From Octopus vulgaris (Eukaryota), in the NCBI GenBank assembly GCA_951406725.2, contig OX597817.1, positions 106,888,001 to 106,952,000 on the forward strand: 64,000 bases of DNA, in the 5' to 3' direction. The notes under the pieces were generated by a model, which did no database searches, was not told the origin of the DNA, and worked only from the letters and a program-made list of their open reading frames with translations. The position numbers were made by a program, and so were the translations under genes. Shown piece after piece: positions 1 through 13,076 of this stretch. Position 1 is the first letter of the stretch. The number at the start of each line of letters is the position of its first letter.

Positions 1-375
1 GGTGTTCTTCCATCAGGATAATGCTTGGCTACATACAACATTCCAAAGGTTGGAGCATTTTGAATGGGAAACGGTGCCCCATCATATTCGCTGAACATTA
101 TCCCATCTGATTATCACTTATTCTGCAGTCTTCAAAATCACTTGGATGGAAAAAATGTGAATTCTGTAGACAAGGCCAGAATAGTACTGAAGGAGTATTT
201 TTTTGTCACGTACAAGTGAATTTTGGAAGAGGGACCTTGCAAGTCTACCAGATAGATGGAAGAGCATTATAGAAAACGAAGAAGAGTATATTTTAGATTA
301 GAAAAGAATTTTGTTTATCTTAATTTTGATAAATAAAAGAAGTATAAAAAATATTATTTATGGGATGACCCAATA
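1..375 (+). mobile_element. mariner transposon 3' remnant (decayed transposase C-terminus plus right TIR)
   Basis: Translates to GVLFHQDNA, a decayed YSPDLAPSDY-like motif (YSLNIIPSDYHLF) and LPDRWKSII; ends with TIR-like ttatttatgggatgacccaata. Confidence 0.85.
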
Positions 376-393
376 TACATGCATATATATACA

Positions 394-613
394 TACAAGG
401 AGGTGCTGAAAAGTTCCTGGCATTGGGTAAAAGAAAATACAGGAGGATCAGTTAATCATGATTTTATTCAACATATTCCCCTCTCAGATTCACACAATTA
501 TTGCGGCAATCCTTCGGTTATTCTAAGCCATGTAAAAGAACTCAGAAGGCTGGGCTTCCAATCAGGCCTTTCATGATACCCTTAAAACCAGGAACTTTTT
601 GGTGCCTCTCATA
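394..613. mobile_element. ~220-bp Tc1/mariner-type MITE (copy 1)
   Basis: TIRs gaggtgctgaaaagttcctgg / ccaggaactttttggtgcctc, TA flanks; homologous copies at 25365-25570 and 43755-43964. Confidence 0.8.
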
Positions 614-1119
614 CATACACACATACACACATACACACACATATATGCATACATACATACAAACACATGCACATACACACACACATTGTTTTATTCTTTT
701 ACGTGTTTTTTAATTTTTTTTTATAAATAATTAAAACAAAACAAAGATGAAAATTTTCAAAAAATAAAAAAAAATGGCAAACCCTATTAATATTAGATTC
801 CGGGGATGTGGCTAAGTTGATAACATCAGTCCCAGTGATCAACGGGTACTTATTTCATCAACCCCAAAAAGATGAAAGGCAAAGTTTTTTTTCTAAATTA
901 TCATTATGTTTTGTTTATTTTTAAGTTGGCTACATAGTTAAAAAGGAGAAACTGAAAATTGCAGAAATCTTATTTTACAAAGAATTTTTAAAAACTAGTT
1001 TTGAAATATATACAAATTTTGTGATAAAATAAGAGAATTAAAAGGCAAAGTTTCAGACTGAACACCCACATAAATTTGTTTTGATGAAGATTTTTCCAAT
1101 TTATGATTTTTTTTTCACC

Positions 1120-2522
1120 ACATCCCCACCACCTCCCAGTCATAAAGCTGCAAAAGATGTGTAAGGCAGCTTTTTCCTGAGCAGATGCCATGCTGGATAT
1201 CAGGGAGCAACTCATTATCTTTTAGGAACGTGATCAGCTTCCTCCTGACAATGCATTCAATGACTTTGCTGATATGTGAAGTTAGAGAAAACATATTTTT
1301 CACTGTAAAGTAGCTACATGGCTTCTCACATTATAAGAGAAAGAGTGAGAGCTGGAAAGAGAGCAAAATAGTAGTGATAAGGTGTCAGGGTAGATTTTAA
1401 AGGTATGAGGTGAGTAGACATGAGTATGAACAGGTGAGCAAGAAGTGTGGGTGTGTAGAGGTTGCAAGAGTGTATTGGGGAGTGAGAAATAGTTAGCAAT
1501 AGGGAATGGGTGAGAGGGTGAATATAATGAAGGGCAAGTGTTGAGAGATATGTAGCTGCTTCTGCTACTGCTTCATTTTCTTGCTTGACAGGGCTGGGGT
1601 CATTCCAGGTCTAGTGATCCCAGAGACATCATTATGCAGAGAGCCAAACATGTCCACCAGTGCTCTTCATCACTGGTGATCCTGTGCCAGCCTCTCTGCA
1701 TCCTGGAGATAAGTAAGAAGAATAGGTAACAACTGTAAAAATTGGGCTAGGTTGAAGATTGACCAATAATACATATGAGTTGGACAATGTAGGTGAGAGA
1801 AATTTGGAGTAAAGTGTAGTAGAATAGTAATAATAATGTTAATGCTACAGTAGAAAGGGGAAGATTGAAAGAGGAGAGAGAGAGAGAGAGAGAGAGGGAG
1901 GGGACCGACAGACAGACACAGACAGAGAGAGTGGGAAAGATGACGTATGGTTAGGTAGGTTGTAAGAGTATGGGGTAGATCTTAGAAATTACAGGGTTGG
2001 AAGAAAGGTGTTATAACTCTAACAGCTGTTTCTGGGGGCTTGGAGATCCATTATAATGTTGGTAGATGTAGTTCATCACAATATGTGGCTGTAATGGGTG
2101 CAATCAACACTGGAACCTCAAAGTAGAGAAGATTTTACATTTCAGATCTTAATGCAGATCCAAGGATTCTATATGCCTTCCTTTAATTATTTTAGAAGTT
2201 TCCCATTTGTAAAAATAAGGATCTGCAGTAGTCTTGCTAGAGCCCCTTTGCATTTCTTTAGGATGGTTGCTGGATATCCATCTGGTACTGTGGCTGATTT
2301 TAAGCTCATTTCATCAATGGCTAATATAAAATTAATTTCCTCTAATTCAATGTAATCAATAATTGCCATTTGTTTGTGTAGACCTGTGGTGCTAAAGAAC
2401 TCATCATGCATAGCTATTTGCAAGTGTCCCAACAGAGTTGTGAAAACACTTTTGTATTGCACATTCAGTATTTCACTTATCCTCAGTGGATCTGCTGAGA
2501 ATGAGCCATTTTCTTCAAACAA
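1120..2522 (-). mobile_element. Fragmented CR1-superfamily LINE ORF2 (RT N-terminal region)
   Basis: ORFs 2187-2522 (EILNVQYKSVFT...SATVPDGYPATILKKCKGALARLL) and 1115-1303 (SLTSHISKVIECIV...QHGICSGKSCLTHLL) resemble non-LTR RT motifs; separated by other sequence. Confidence 0.75.
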
Positions 2523-2525
2523 TAA

Positions 2526-3405
2526 TACATGACCTGATCAATAAGTATCCTGACTGTTGCCATAGTAACGAAGCTAAAGCATGCAGAGTGAAGCTACTTG
2601 GCAAAAATTGACCCTGAACTCTGCTGTGCATGCACACTAAGTTTTAACGTTCTATCTCACTTCTGCTGTTTACAGCAGTGCTTGGAAGGAAGGTGTGTAG
2701 CATGTGATTGTCGCATTGATCATGACAGAGAAAGTTGTCATGGCGATACCTGCTCAGAGACCTACGCAATGTTGCAGAAAGTGTATGGAGAGGAGTGTAT
2801 GAGCTGCACACAAGTTTATAAGGGGTTCAGATGTTTCCAAGATGGCCAAAAAATGTCAATATCGATGAACATTCTAGGAGACCTCCAAACAGTAGAACAG
2901 AGAAAAACATCACAGATGTGCATGCAGCAGTGAGAGGAAATCATCAAATCATCATCTGTGAGTTATCAGAGGATGTGCAGATTAGTTATGGTTCAGTTCA
3001 GTCCATTATTACTGAAGATTTGGGTATGAGACATGTGTCTGTTAAGTTTGTGCCAAAACTGCTTTCATCTGACCAAAAAGACACTCAGGTAGTTGCACAA
3101 AATCTCCTTGATTGTGTCGAGAATGATGAAAACATTTTAAAAACTTTGCATAGGACTCTGAGCAGATATTGGCAAGCTTTTGGCAAAATTTGATGCAGAT
3201 TCTCTGTTCAACTTCCTCTGTCATGGTCAATGTGATGATCATACACTACACACCTTCCTTCCAAGCACTGCAGGAGTGAGTTAGAATGTTAAAACTTAGT
3301 GCACATTCACAGAAGAGTTTAAGGTCAATCTATGCTGACTTCATTTTTCATACTTTAGCTTCATTACTATGACAACAGACCAGATACTTATTGATCAGAC
3401 CACAG
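2526..3405. mobile_element. mariner derivative built from two 5' ends in inverted orientation
   Basis: TIR cctgatcaataagtatc at both ends; plus strand has transposase HTH remnants (RHVSVKFVPKLLS); 3140-3405 is the reverse complement of the 5' end, including MTEEVEQRICIKFC. Confidence 0.8.
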
Positions 3406-3493
3406 ATATCATTTGTAGAAAACATAAATCTGGAGAAGAAGCATACTCTAAGATATAGAGCAAATTATATTTTACTGGGGAAGGCCAGTTTAT

Positions 3494-3553
3494 GGGATTA
3501 CCATGGGTTTCCGTCCATAAAGGGTTTAGCTTTATAGTATATCATCAGACCCC
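3494..3553 (-). ncRNA. Minimal type-I hammerhead ribozyme motif
   Basis: Minus strand reads GGGGT-CTGATGA-[ctataaag/ctttatgg helix II]-GAAA-CCCATGG-TA-ATCCC; helix I GGGGT/ATCCC, helix III contains palindromic CCATGG, GUA cleavage triplet. Confidence 0.75.
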
Positions 3554-3606
3554 AAAACCTGTTGGCCTAAGACCTATTTTGAAGAGGTTTTAGGCCAACA
3601 GGTTTT

Positions 3607-3667
3607 GGGGTCTGACTACATGCCATAAAACTAAACCCTTTATGGACAGAAAACCCAATGTAATCCC
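3607..3667 (+). ncRNA. Decayed mirror copy of the family-A hammerhead
   Basis: GGGGT-CTGACTA-...ccataaaa/ctttatgg...-GAAA-...GTA-ATCCC; core G8 mutated. Confidence 0.55.
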
Positions 3668-4212
3668 ATGAACTGGGCTTCCCTATTAAAATATATATAT
3701 ACTAGCAGTAGTACCTGTTATTGATCTGGTAATTACTTTTACTGTTTCTTGGAAGCCACATTCAAAATGTTATTATATATATAGATTTACTCCTGTATGT
3801 GTGTATTTTATAAGGAAAAAACATGTAATAATTGAAGTAGAAAAAAGAGAAAAAAGATCAATTTCATACATGAACTTCTGTTTGTTTATTATATGACAAT
3901 AGTAAGTGAGTTGTATATGTTATTTTATATATCAATACAGTAATGGCAGTTATATAATACACAAGGATTAGGTCAGTACAGTGCTGTAATGAAACAGAAT
4001 TGCCCAATGGGCCATACAGTGAGACTGAACCCAATGTGACATGGTTAGAAAGCAAGCTTCTCAACCACACAGCCACGCCTATAAAGGAGAGATACATTTT
4101 GGATAATATACCCCTTGATACAATATGCTTAAAGATGGGATGTTTACGGCGAGAAAACCTTTGATTTTAATATTTACTTGAGCAACACAACAACTAACAA
4201 TGCTACACCATA

Positions 4213-6007
4213 CAGGGTGTTCTAGAATTAACTGTTTCAATGAAATTGAGCAAATTTTTAAAAAACTGACAGAATTTTATGTTTACTACCAAAACAAAAA
4301 GATTTATAAATCTTACGTCAAACGTTTATTGAAAATTTTCAACATGTCTGTATCCCTGCATACTTCTAACATCTCCTTAGCACTGTGAAACACATTTTGA
4401 AGCATTCCAGGAATTAGCTCCTGCACTGCTAACTGAATGTGTTCTTTAAGCTCAGCTAAATGATTGCTCCATCTTGGGGATGGAGGTAAAGAAAATGACT
4501 GATGCCAAATTGAAAAAAAGTTATCATGGACAAATAAGAAGGGTCCAACAGGAATGAAAATTAAAATCTATCTATATATATATATAAAAGGCAGTTTGTC
4601 TGTCTGTGTGTCTGTCAGGTTGTACCCTCACCCTGACCTCGGCTTTCAACCGATTCTGATGAAACTTGACACACACATAGCCCAATGTCATAATTCAAAA
4701 CTAACGCAGTAAAAATTTGGAAAAGTTCCCCCAGTTATGAAAATAATCGATAAATTTGACATGGGGTCGAGAATCTAAACTTATCATATGCAACACATTT
4801 TCTGTTGTAGTTTTCGCAACTTGCAATCGATTTTCACCAAACTCATGGTGAAGCTTAATGCTACTGTAAGGAACTTAATTCTGACGTTAGTTTTCCTTGC
4901 AATACATTACCATTAGTAAAAATCGATAAAATCAATCCATTTTGGGAAATCGCATTCAAATTCAAGATGACATATTTTTAACAATATCTTTAACAAATTC
5001 GCAGGAATTTTTTTGAAATTCACAGCGAGCATCATGTCCAAGGAGTTATATGGCCCTTTTGATTCCAATAGGATACGTTATTACTGGAAAAAATCGGTTA
5101 ATTACATCATATGTGGCACACATAGCAAACCGATTTTTCTGCGATAATTTTTGAAAGTTCACATAGATTTTCCTTACACCGATGTTGGACATCAAGTTTG
5201 CATTAAATGTCAAACTAACGACCTTTTGTCAATGCAGTTAACAAGTATTGGGAGAAATCGACAAAACCATATCACTTTGAGACCAACCATGCGAACCCTA
5301 CAAAACTGACTTTTGTTAAATAGTTCGCGGATTTCAGGCAATTTAGTTGATTTTTGCCACTTCAGCTAGGAACATCATATACACAGAAGTATTGTAGTGA
5401 AGAGAAGACGTTGCAACCTACACATGCGCCTTCGTTCCCTAGAGAGAAAGGACTAGATCGGGATTAGTCATTGCCTACTAGAGGCTTCTGATCCCCCTTT
5501 CGCTAGACTTAAGTTAGCATTAGGTAGGGCTTAGCTGTGGTCCGAACCCAACTTGGGTTTGGAGGGGCGGTGTCAAAAGGGCCGGCATGTGCAACCTTAT
5601 CACCTCTGCCTGTCCAACTCCCAACCCATGCGTTCCCGTCGTGACACTGATCCCGCAGAACTGGGTTGGGTGTGCTAAACAAAACCAGAAAATGCACTTT
5701 GACTGTCATAGATTTTCTTCATGCATGCAAGGGAACGGTGCCTTGAATGCCTTAATGTCTTTTAGGCTTCATTTTACAAAATAACGGTTCAATGAGTTCA
5801 AAAAAGGGTAAAAAGGTAAAGGGCATTGCTTATTGACAAAGTTTCTTACATACCCGGGCAATGCCGGGCTATGCTGCTAGTTACAAATAAAATTCAAAAT
5901 TTATACACTTTTAACACATATTAAACATGATAAACATAAATAAAAGTGAGTTTTAAAAAAAATGCATCTGATTTCATTCAAATCATCATTAATTCTGGGA
6001 CACCCTG
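4213..6007. mobile_element. Tc1-like non-autonomous element interrupted by a Helitron
   Basis: TIRs TA|cagggtgttctagaattaa and ttaattctgggacaccctg|TA with further subterminal similarity. Confidence 0.7.
4567..5880 (+). mobile_element. Non-autonomous Helitron
   Basis: Begins A|TC, ends CTAG|T, subterminal GC hairpin cccgggcaatgccggg ~12 nt from the end, (CTGT)n near the 5' end, no TSD. Confidence 0.8.
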
Positions 6008-6508
6008 TATTTACTTGTCCGACTAAACGGGGGTGGGAACATGGGGGGACTAATTGCAGGTGGCGAGCATAGCTTCTGGAAGTGGTCACATTGTCAAACT
6101 CAAATGGCTGTGAGTCACAACAGCAGTTTGTTTTCTTTGTATGAACATTTTGCATTATATAGTTCAGACATGGATGACATAGAAAGCAGACATGCTGCCG
6201 GGGCCATGTTGCATTGCACAGGACTGGAAATGTGAAACATCAACAGGGCACTTCTGGAGAATGGATGAATGGGTTTGTTGTGCCTTTACCCAGTTGCACA
6301 CACAGGCACATGGTCCAGTGGTGTGTGGGATGTTAACATGAAGCATCAACAGGACATCAACAAAAATTTTAATGTTCTTATTTCCTCTGCCAAATTGAAC
6401 AAAAATGTTTTCACAAAATATTATATGCTACTGATAATGCATAAGTAGTGTCAATATTGGGTATATCTCAAGTTTTAACAACATGGCAAACACACATTCT
6501 GTGTGTTT

Positions 6509-6544
<36 letters not shown>

Positions 6545-6547
6545 GAG

Positions 6548-6745
6548 TTAATCCAAACATGAAAACACAAGGAGAAAACCCAACAATGCGAGAACATCGA
6601 ACAAGTATAGTGGTACTGGACGCTCAGGAAAGGAAAGAAAGAAGGTGGATTTAACATTTTGAGTGGACCCCTTCATAAGAAACATAGAAAAAGAAAGATC
6701 CAAGGAAGAGAAGACAAAGGAAAAAAATCGCCTACAATACACATG
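6548..6745 (-). mobile_element. Decayed PLE tail fragment with eroded hammerhead-like motif (~6648-6683)
   Basis: Between (TA)n and (CA)n; resembles the 43500 and 51177 fragments; minus strand gttt-CTTATGA-aggggtccactc-AAAA-tg-TT-aaat. Confidence 0.4.
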
Positions 6746-6771
6746 CAGTCACATATATATACACACACACT

Positions 6772-6807
<36 letters not shown>

Positions 6808-6809
6808 CA

Positions 6810-7072
6810 CAGTCCACACTAAAATGGTTGGCATTTGGAAGGGCATCCAGCTGTAAAAATCATGCTAAAACAGACCTCGATAGGATGGTGCCATGTAAAA
6901 AGCACTCAGTCCACTCTACAAGGTGGTTGGTATTATGGATGGCATCTAGTGGTAAAAACCATGTCAAAACAGACAGTGAAGCCTAGTGCAATCTTCTGCC
7001 TATCCAGCTTCTGTCAAACCATCCAACCCATGTCAGCATGAAAAACGGAAGTTAAATGATGATGGTGATGAT
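6810..7072 (+). mobile_element. RTE-LINE 3' tail / RTE-mobilised SINE fragment
   Basis: tggttggcatttggaagggcatccagctgtaaaaa...ccaacccatg...aaatgatgat, as at the end of the LINE at 59675-61159. Confidence 0.7.
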
Positions 7073-9831
7073 ATATAAATATATATAGTGCTTGTAACTT
7101 CTGTACTATGACTTAACTATAGTGCTGTTGCTTCAACAACCTCTGGATACTGATGTGATGCCATGATACTGAACTAAATATTTAACTAAACTCAATGTGA
7201 TTCTCAGCCAGTGTGTGTTATGTACTTTGGTGTTTTATACCACATACAAAAGAAAAGCATCATCTAACCATGTTCTTTACAACTTGCATGCACGTGCACA
7301 CACACACACACACAAACACACAGAGTCACATATATATAACTGTATTGCTTCTTGAATCGAGCTACTGAACCACTTCAGAATTTCCAAAGAGTTTTTGCTG
7401 TAGAAGAATGGAGAACCTTTTTATAGTGGACATATCCACCAATTGTTATAGTGTGGCTGTTTAACTAACGAGATAATAATAGCGTCATACCTTTGGAAGG
7501 TAACAGTTCACAGCATGTCATTAAGCTGTTCAATGTCTCTTATTATAGATGCTTAATTTTTGCCAACAAGCTGATTCAGTAGCTTAAGTATTTTTAGTTA
7601 GTGCAAAAGCTAAAAATAAAAGTGACAGCAAAATAAATTGTACCAGTTGTTATAAAAATACAGTTGGATGACAAACATCATCAGTCTGGGATATGCAGTT
7701 TAAACCTTAGTAGAGTATATGATTCATTTGTTGTTGTTTTTTGTTGACTTTATGTCATATCTATTCCTGTGGATGTTTAATATAGGTTGTGTAGTTAAGA
7801 AGTTCACTTAACAACCACAAGGTTTTGGGTTCTGTCCCACTGCATGGCACCTTGGACAAGTGTCTTCTACTTTAGCCTAAAGTCAACTAATGCTTTTTAA
7901 GGGAAATTTTGGTAGATGGGAGATGGAAACTGTATGGAAATCTGTGTGTGTGTGTATGTGTGTGTGTGTGTGCGCTTTCTTGCCACTGTTTGTGTGACCG
8001 TGACTTGTTTATCTCCCTTGCAAACAATATGTTGTAGTTCAGTCATTTCCACATATAAAGACTAGGGGAATAATAAAACAAAGTACCTTATTTTGGAAAC
8101 AAGTAAGTGTTGGTGACAGGAAGGGCACCTAACCACAGAAATACTGCTTCAGTAAATCTTGTCCAACCTATGCCAACATGGCAAAAGCAGACATGAAAAT
8201 GAGGATGATGATGACAAAGACGACAACGACAATGTTGCTAATTGAATGAATGAGGAAATTTATGAAGATTGCAAGTCAGATATTTCTTTGTTTTCTGGGA
8301 TAATGTAGTAGAATTCACCTTGTGGTTTTGTTGTGGTTTAGCACAAGGCTAACACTGATCGAACAGACCTGCAACATGCAGGTAGTTGAGCCACATATCT
8401 GATATTTCAGATATTTCAGATATACTGATATTTCAGATATACTGCTCCTGACTGGTGACCATACAGGAATACTTTGGCTTAACAATTCAACTGCTTCCAA
8501 ATTTCCCGTTTTTAAGTGAGAAGCAAATTCATATTGAAATAATATTAAAAACAGTGGTTACATTCTTAACTGTAATGACTGCTATTGCAAATCTGAAATT
8601 CTCAATTGTAGTTACTCTTTAAATTTGATACACATTTTGCCATGGAGTGTGATTAGGTCATCTAAACAAAATGATAAACCTACTAACAATGAAAAATAGC
8701 TGGAATACATTACATTATTTAAAAAATTAAGTAGATTTACAGATATTCCCAAGGTGACTTATTTCATTTGTTATGTTGTATTAAGACACCCTGGATTTGG
8801 CTAGAAATGTTGAATTAGCAATCCCAAGGGGAAGGGTGAATAAATTCGAAAGTTTTAACACAAAAGAATAATGAAGATAATGTGAATACAGTTCGTGCAC
8901 ACAAAATTAGTGAATGAATGAAATCACATTACTGAGATACATTGTGATAATTAATCTTTCTGGACAATTATTCTTAATGTTTAGCAATTATTTCACATAA
9001 TTAACTCTTAAATTTTTATTTTTACATTTATCAAAAGTATATAATATGAACGAAGAATTGTTATGTGAGAAATGATTAAGCAAGAAATTATTAAATGGTA
9101 TATTCTATTGCAGTACGATGCATTCTGAATAGGAGTGATATATTGTACAGTGTGCAGCCTGACTGCCTGTACACGAGCTTCTATATGGCAACTTGACCCA
9201 TTAAAATTAGCAAGTAAACCTCCTTTAAATTTACTCCGCTATCTTAAGAAAAGATAAACAAGCCTGAAACAATAGTGTTGCCATTGGAAGCCAAGACATG
9301 TAATTCAAGTCTGTTATCTAACTCACTCAATGTAGTGGTTATATCTTCAAATGTTTCCCAAACTGTCATTAAAATAGTGTCCAAGTATCAGGAAATTACT
9401 TTACTTTTACCATCCACATTAAGTGTAACAGGGGTTAAGTAAAAGTTCTCAGTGAGCAAAACCTGAAACCCAGTGTTAAATTCTGGCTGTAGTCATTTCA
9501 CATTACATGTGCTATGAACCAAAAGGCAGGCCGCAAAGAGGTTGTTTGACCTGTTAGAAATAGAGGCCAAATCTTCTTCAAATTACATCCTATTGTCTTA
9601 ATCAAGGAAGGAAAAATTGGATAAGGTAGTCCTAGATATACTATACCAGAAAATAACAAGATAATCATGTAAGAAAATAATACAAGATGGTCATAAAAGA
9701 TGGTCATGTCAGATTTCTTCAAAACAAATTATCTAGTTTACAATCTGCTTATGTGCTTCCTTTATGGTGAAATTACTTGCAGTAAATTTTTCCATGGCAA
9801 AAATGTTTACAGCAAATTTTGTGGACATATA

Positions 9832-10260
9832 GGCGTAGGAGTGGCTGTGTGGTAAGTAGCTTACTTACCAACCACATGGTTGTGAGTTCAGTCCCACTGC
9901 GTGGCACCTTGGGCAAGTGTCTTCTACTATAGCCTCAGGCCGACCAAAGCCTTGTGAGTGGATTTGGTAAACGGAAACTGAAAGAAGCCTGTCATATATA
10001 TGTGTGTATATATATATATGTGTGTGTGTGTACGTGTATGTATGTTTGTGTGTCTGTGTTTGTCCCCAAACATCGCTTGACAACTGATGCTGGTGTGTTT
10101 ATGTCTCCGTAACTTAGCGGTTCAGCAAAAGAGACCGATAGAACAAGTACTAGGCTTACAAAGAATAAGTCCTGGGGTCAATTTGCTCAACTAAAGGCGG
10201 TACTCCAGCATGGCCACAGTCAAATGACTGAAACAAGTAAAAGAGTAAAAGAGTAAAGAG
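9832..10260 (+). mobile_element. tRNA-derived CORE-type SINE (family 1), full length
   Basis: A box tggctgtgtggtaag, B box gagttcagtccc, CORE-like accttgggcaagtgtcttc, internal (GT)n, tail (gagtaaaa)n; more than 10 copies in the window. Confidence 0.85.
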
Positions 10261-10440
10261 TATGACATTTGAGTAACCCTCTCCACCATCCATTTGATTG
10301 TTTTCTCTTTATCTATCGTCTACATTATTGTTGTGACTTGGAACAACAATGATACTGATTGAGTAGACCTATAATCAAGGTCTTCCAGTTATAACCATCC
10401 CATTTTAATTTTAGTCAATATATCCATTACCCAGTACCTA

Positions 10441-10656
10441 AGGCGGTGAGCTGGCAGAAACATTAGCATACCAGGCGAAATGCTTAGCAGTATTTCATCT
10501 GTCTTTACATTCTGAGTTCAAATTCTGCTGAGATTGACTTTGCCTTTCATCCTTTCAGGGTCAATAAATTAAGTAGCAGCTGCATACTGGGGTCAATCTA
10601 ATTGACTGGCCCCCTCTCCCAAAATTTCAGGCCTTGTGCCTAGAGTAGAAAAGAAT
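10441..10656 (+). mobile_element. tRNA-derived SINE (family 2)
   Basis: ggcggtgagctggcagaa head, gagttcaaatt B box, conserved gactttgcctttcatccttt segment; fragments at ~820-890, ~10790, ~23940-24050, ~35880-36090. Confidence 0.75.
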
Positions 10657-11149
10657 ATATCCAGTACATTTTTATTCAGTGTTTCCATATTTAAGATGGC
10701 AGGGTATGGCTATCAGATTACCAAAAAAGAAAAAGGAAAAAAAAAAAAAGAAAAAAATGCAATGTGATAATTTCTCCAGCTCTATACTCTCTGAATTCAA
10801 ATTCTACTGAGATCAACTTTGGTTTCATCCTTTCAGGATTGATAAAGTACCTGCCCAGGGCTGGTGCAACCCCCACTCTCCCCACCTATCATTCCCAGGA
10901 TTCTCTGCAGGGTCGTAAGTGCTGAGGTGTAACTGTGTCTGTTTGTGACTACATGGGTACCTAAAACAAAAAGCAAAAGCATATTTGCAACTAAGTCATT
11001 CTTGAATGCAAGTGACTACTGTAGAATGCAGCTTAAAGAGGAATTTGGTTGCTATTTCTAGCAAGTTCAGGGATTATGAAGCAGTTCCCTAATTGGTCCA
11101 AAATATTTATTTCAAATTTTAATGGAAAATGAATAATCTCTTTCTCCTG

Positions 11150-12030
11150 CTCTCTCTTGCACTCTTGCTATCTCCTACTCTCTGTTTTCCTTTGCTCTTC
11201 CCTCTGGTTGGGTAACCATGTGTCTCCTCTATAGTAGTACACCTGTTTCTGCCCTCATTCCTGATCACTCTCTCTCCATCCTTCTCTTGCTCTCACCTCT
11301 GGCTAGATAACTATGCATCTCTTTTATAGCAGCATACCTGTTTCTGTCCTCTTTCTTGTTAACTCTCTGTCCCTCTGGGTAACCGTACATCTCCACTTCA
11401 GCAGCACACCTGTTTCTATCCCCATTCTTGATCACTCTCTCACCTTCTCTTGCTCTTCCCGCTGGCTAGGTAACATTCTATTTCCTTTACAGCAACACAC
11501 CTGTTCCTACACTTTTTCTTGTTATCTCTCTCCCCCTCTCTCTATTTCTTTATCTCTCTTTCTCCCCTTCTCTATCTCTCTTTCTCTCTCTCTCTGTGGT
11601 TGGGTAACCATATACCTCCTTTACAACAAGACACCTGTTTCTATCTCTCTGTCACACACTAACCTTTCATCATCTGACACAAGATCATTTCCTCCAATGC
11701 CCCCTCTCAAAGATTCCTTGTCTTGCAAGTTACTTGGTGACCCTGCCAGTGCTGGTGCCACTTAAAAAGTATCCAGTCCATACTGTAAAGTGGTTGGCAT
11801 TTGGAGGGGCATCCAGCTATAAAAAGCTTGCCAAAACTGACCTCATCTGTGTTGGTGCCACTTAAAAAACACTCAGCTCACTCTGCAGGATGGTTGGTGT
11901 TAGGAAGGGCATCTAACCGTAAAAACTGTGCCAAAACAGCCTCAGAAGTATGGTGCAGACTTCTGCCTGGCCAACTTCTGTCAAACTGTCCAACCTATGC
12001 CAGCATAGAAGGAGGACGTTGATGATGATA
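11150..12030 (+). mobile_element. RTE-tail element preceded by degenerate 80-130 bp tandem units
   Basis: Repeating ctctgg(t)tgggtaacc...cacacctgtttct units at ~11202, 11297, 11373, 11461, 11597, then the RTE-type tail ending (gat)n. Confidence 0.6.
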
Positions 12031-12637
12031 TATAATACTATCATATATACTATTGTGTTGTAATATGTTATTGTATATTGTGATAGGAAATGAATACTTT
12101 GCCAAAACATTACTGAGAGGGGTTTTGTACAGAACAGACATGACTGTGAACAAAATGCAAAGCTCTCTAAAAGGATTTTGCTTAATGTATTCACCACTTA
12201 GATAATCACAAAACCACAAATGTAAAGAAGAATATAGTCAAGTAAATTTACCCTCAGTACATCAATGGCACTTTTATTTTAGTAATCCTGGTAGCTTGAA
12301 AATCAAAAGCAAAGTCTACTCTGGTAGATTTAAACTCAAAACACAGAAGGACAAAACTGAATACTGCAAATCATTTATTCAGTTACTTTACTAGCCAATC
12401 CATTTCTCTCATATATTCTGAACTTATCCACAGACTCACTTCTGGTATCTACTGTCTGGTAGAAGCCTTCAAAATTGTGATGTTATTTGGTAGACAACAA
12501 ATGAGGGATTGAGCATGTCTGACTCCATTGTGTGTGATTTTTCTCCTGTTTTTTCCATATGTTTTTCTGTCTTCGTCCTGTACCACATTGTTATTAATAT
12601 ATATAAAAGTTGTAAATAAGTAAATAAGTTGTAAATA

Positions 12638-12806
12638 GGCGCAGGAGTGGCTGTGTGGTAAGTAGCTTGCTTACCAACCATATGGTTCCGGGTTCAATCC
12701 AACTGCATGGCACCTTGGGCAAGTGTCTTCTACTATAGCCTCGGGCCAACCAAAGCCTTCTGAGTGGATTTGGTAGACGGAAACTGAAAGAAGCCTGTCG
12801 TATATA

Positions 12807-12874
<68 letters not shown>

Positions 12875-13076
12875 TGTGTGTGTTTGTCCCCCCAACATCG
12901 CTTGATAACCGATGCTGGTGTGTTTACATCCCCGTAACTTAGCGGTTTGGCAAAAAGAGACCGATAGAATAAGTACTAGGCTTACAAAGAATAAGTTCTG
13001 GGGTCGATGTGCTTGACTAAAGGCGGTGCTCCAGCATGGCCACAGTCAAATGACTGAAACAAGTAAAAGAGTAAGT
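12638..13076 (+). mobile_element. SINE family 1, full length
   Basis: Near-identical to 9832-10260 with a longer (GT)n. Confidence 0.85.

Larger units (their letters stand above)
3465..3697. mobile_element. Fold-back PLE tail fragment (family A), ~105-bp inverted arms
   Basis: Arms mirror around ~3580 (gttggcctaagacc / ggttttaggccaac); TA-rich flanks; homologous to the tail of the PLE remnant at 25660-25770. Confidence 0.75.

Noticed and set aside
8438-8514. Possible plus-strand exon (ILLLTGDHTGILWLNNSTASKFPVF) between tttcag and gtgaga
   Set aside because: Short, acceptor lies in a small tandem repeat, no supporting homology
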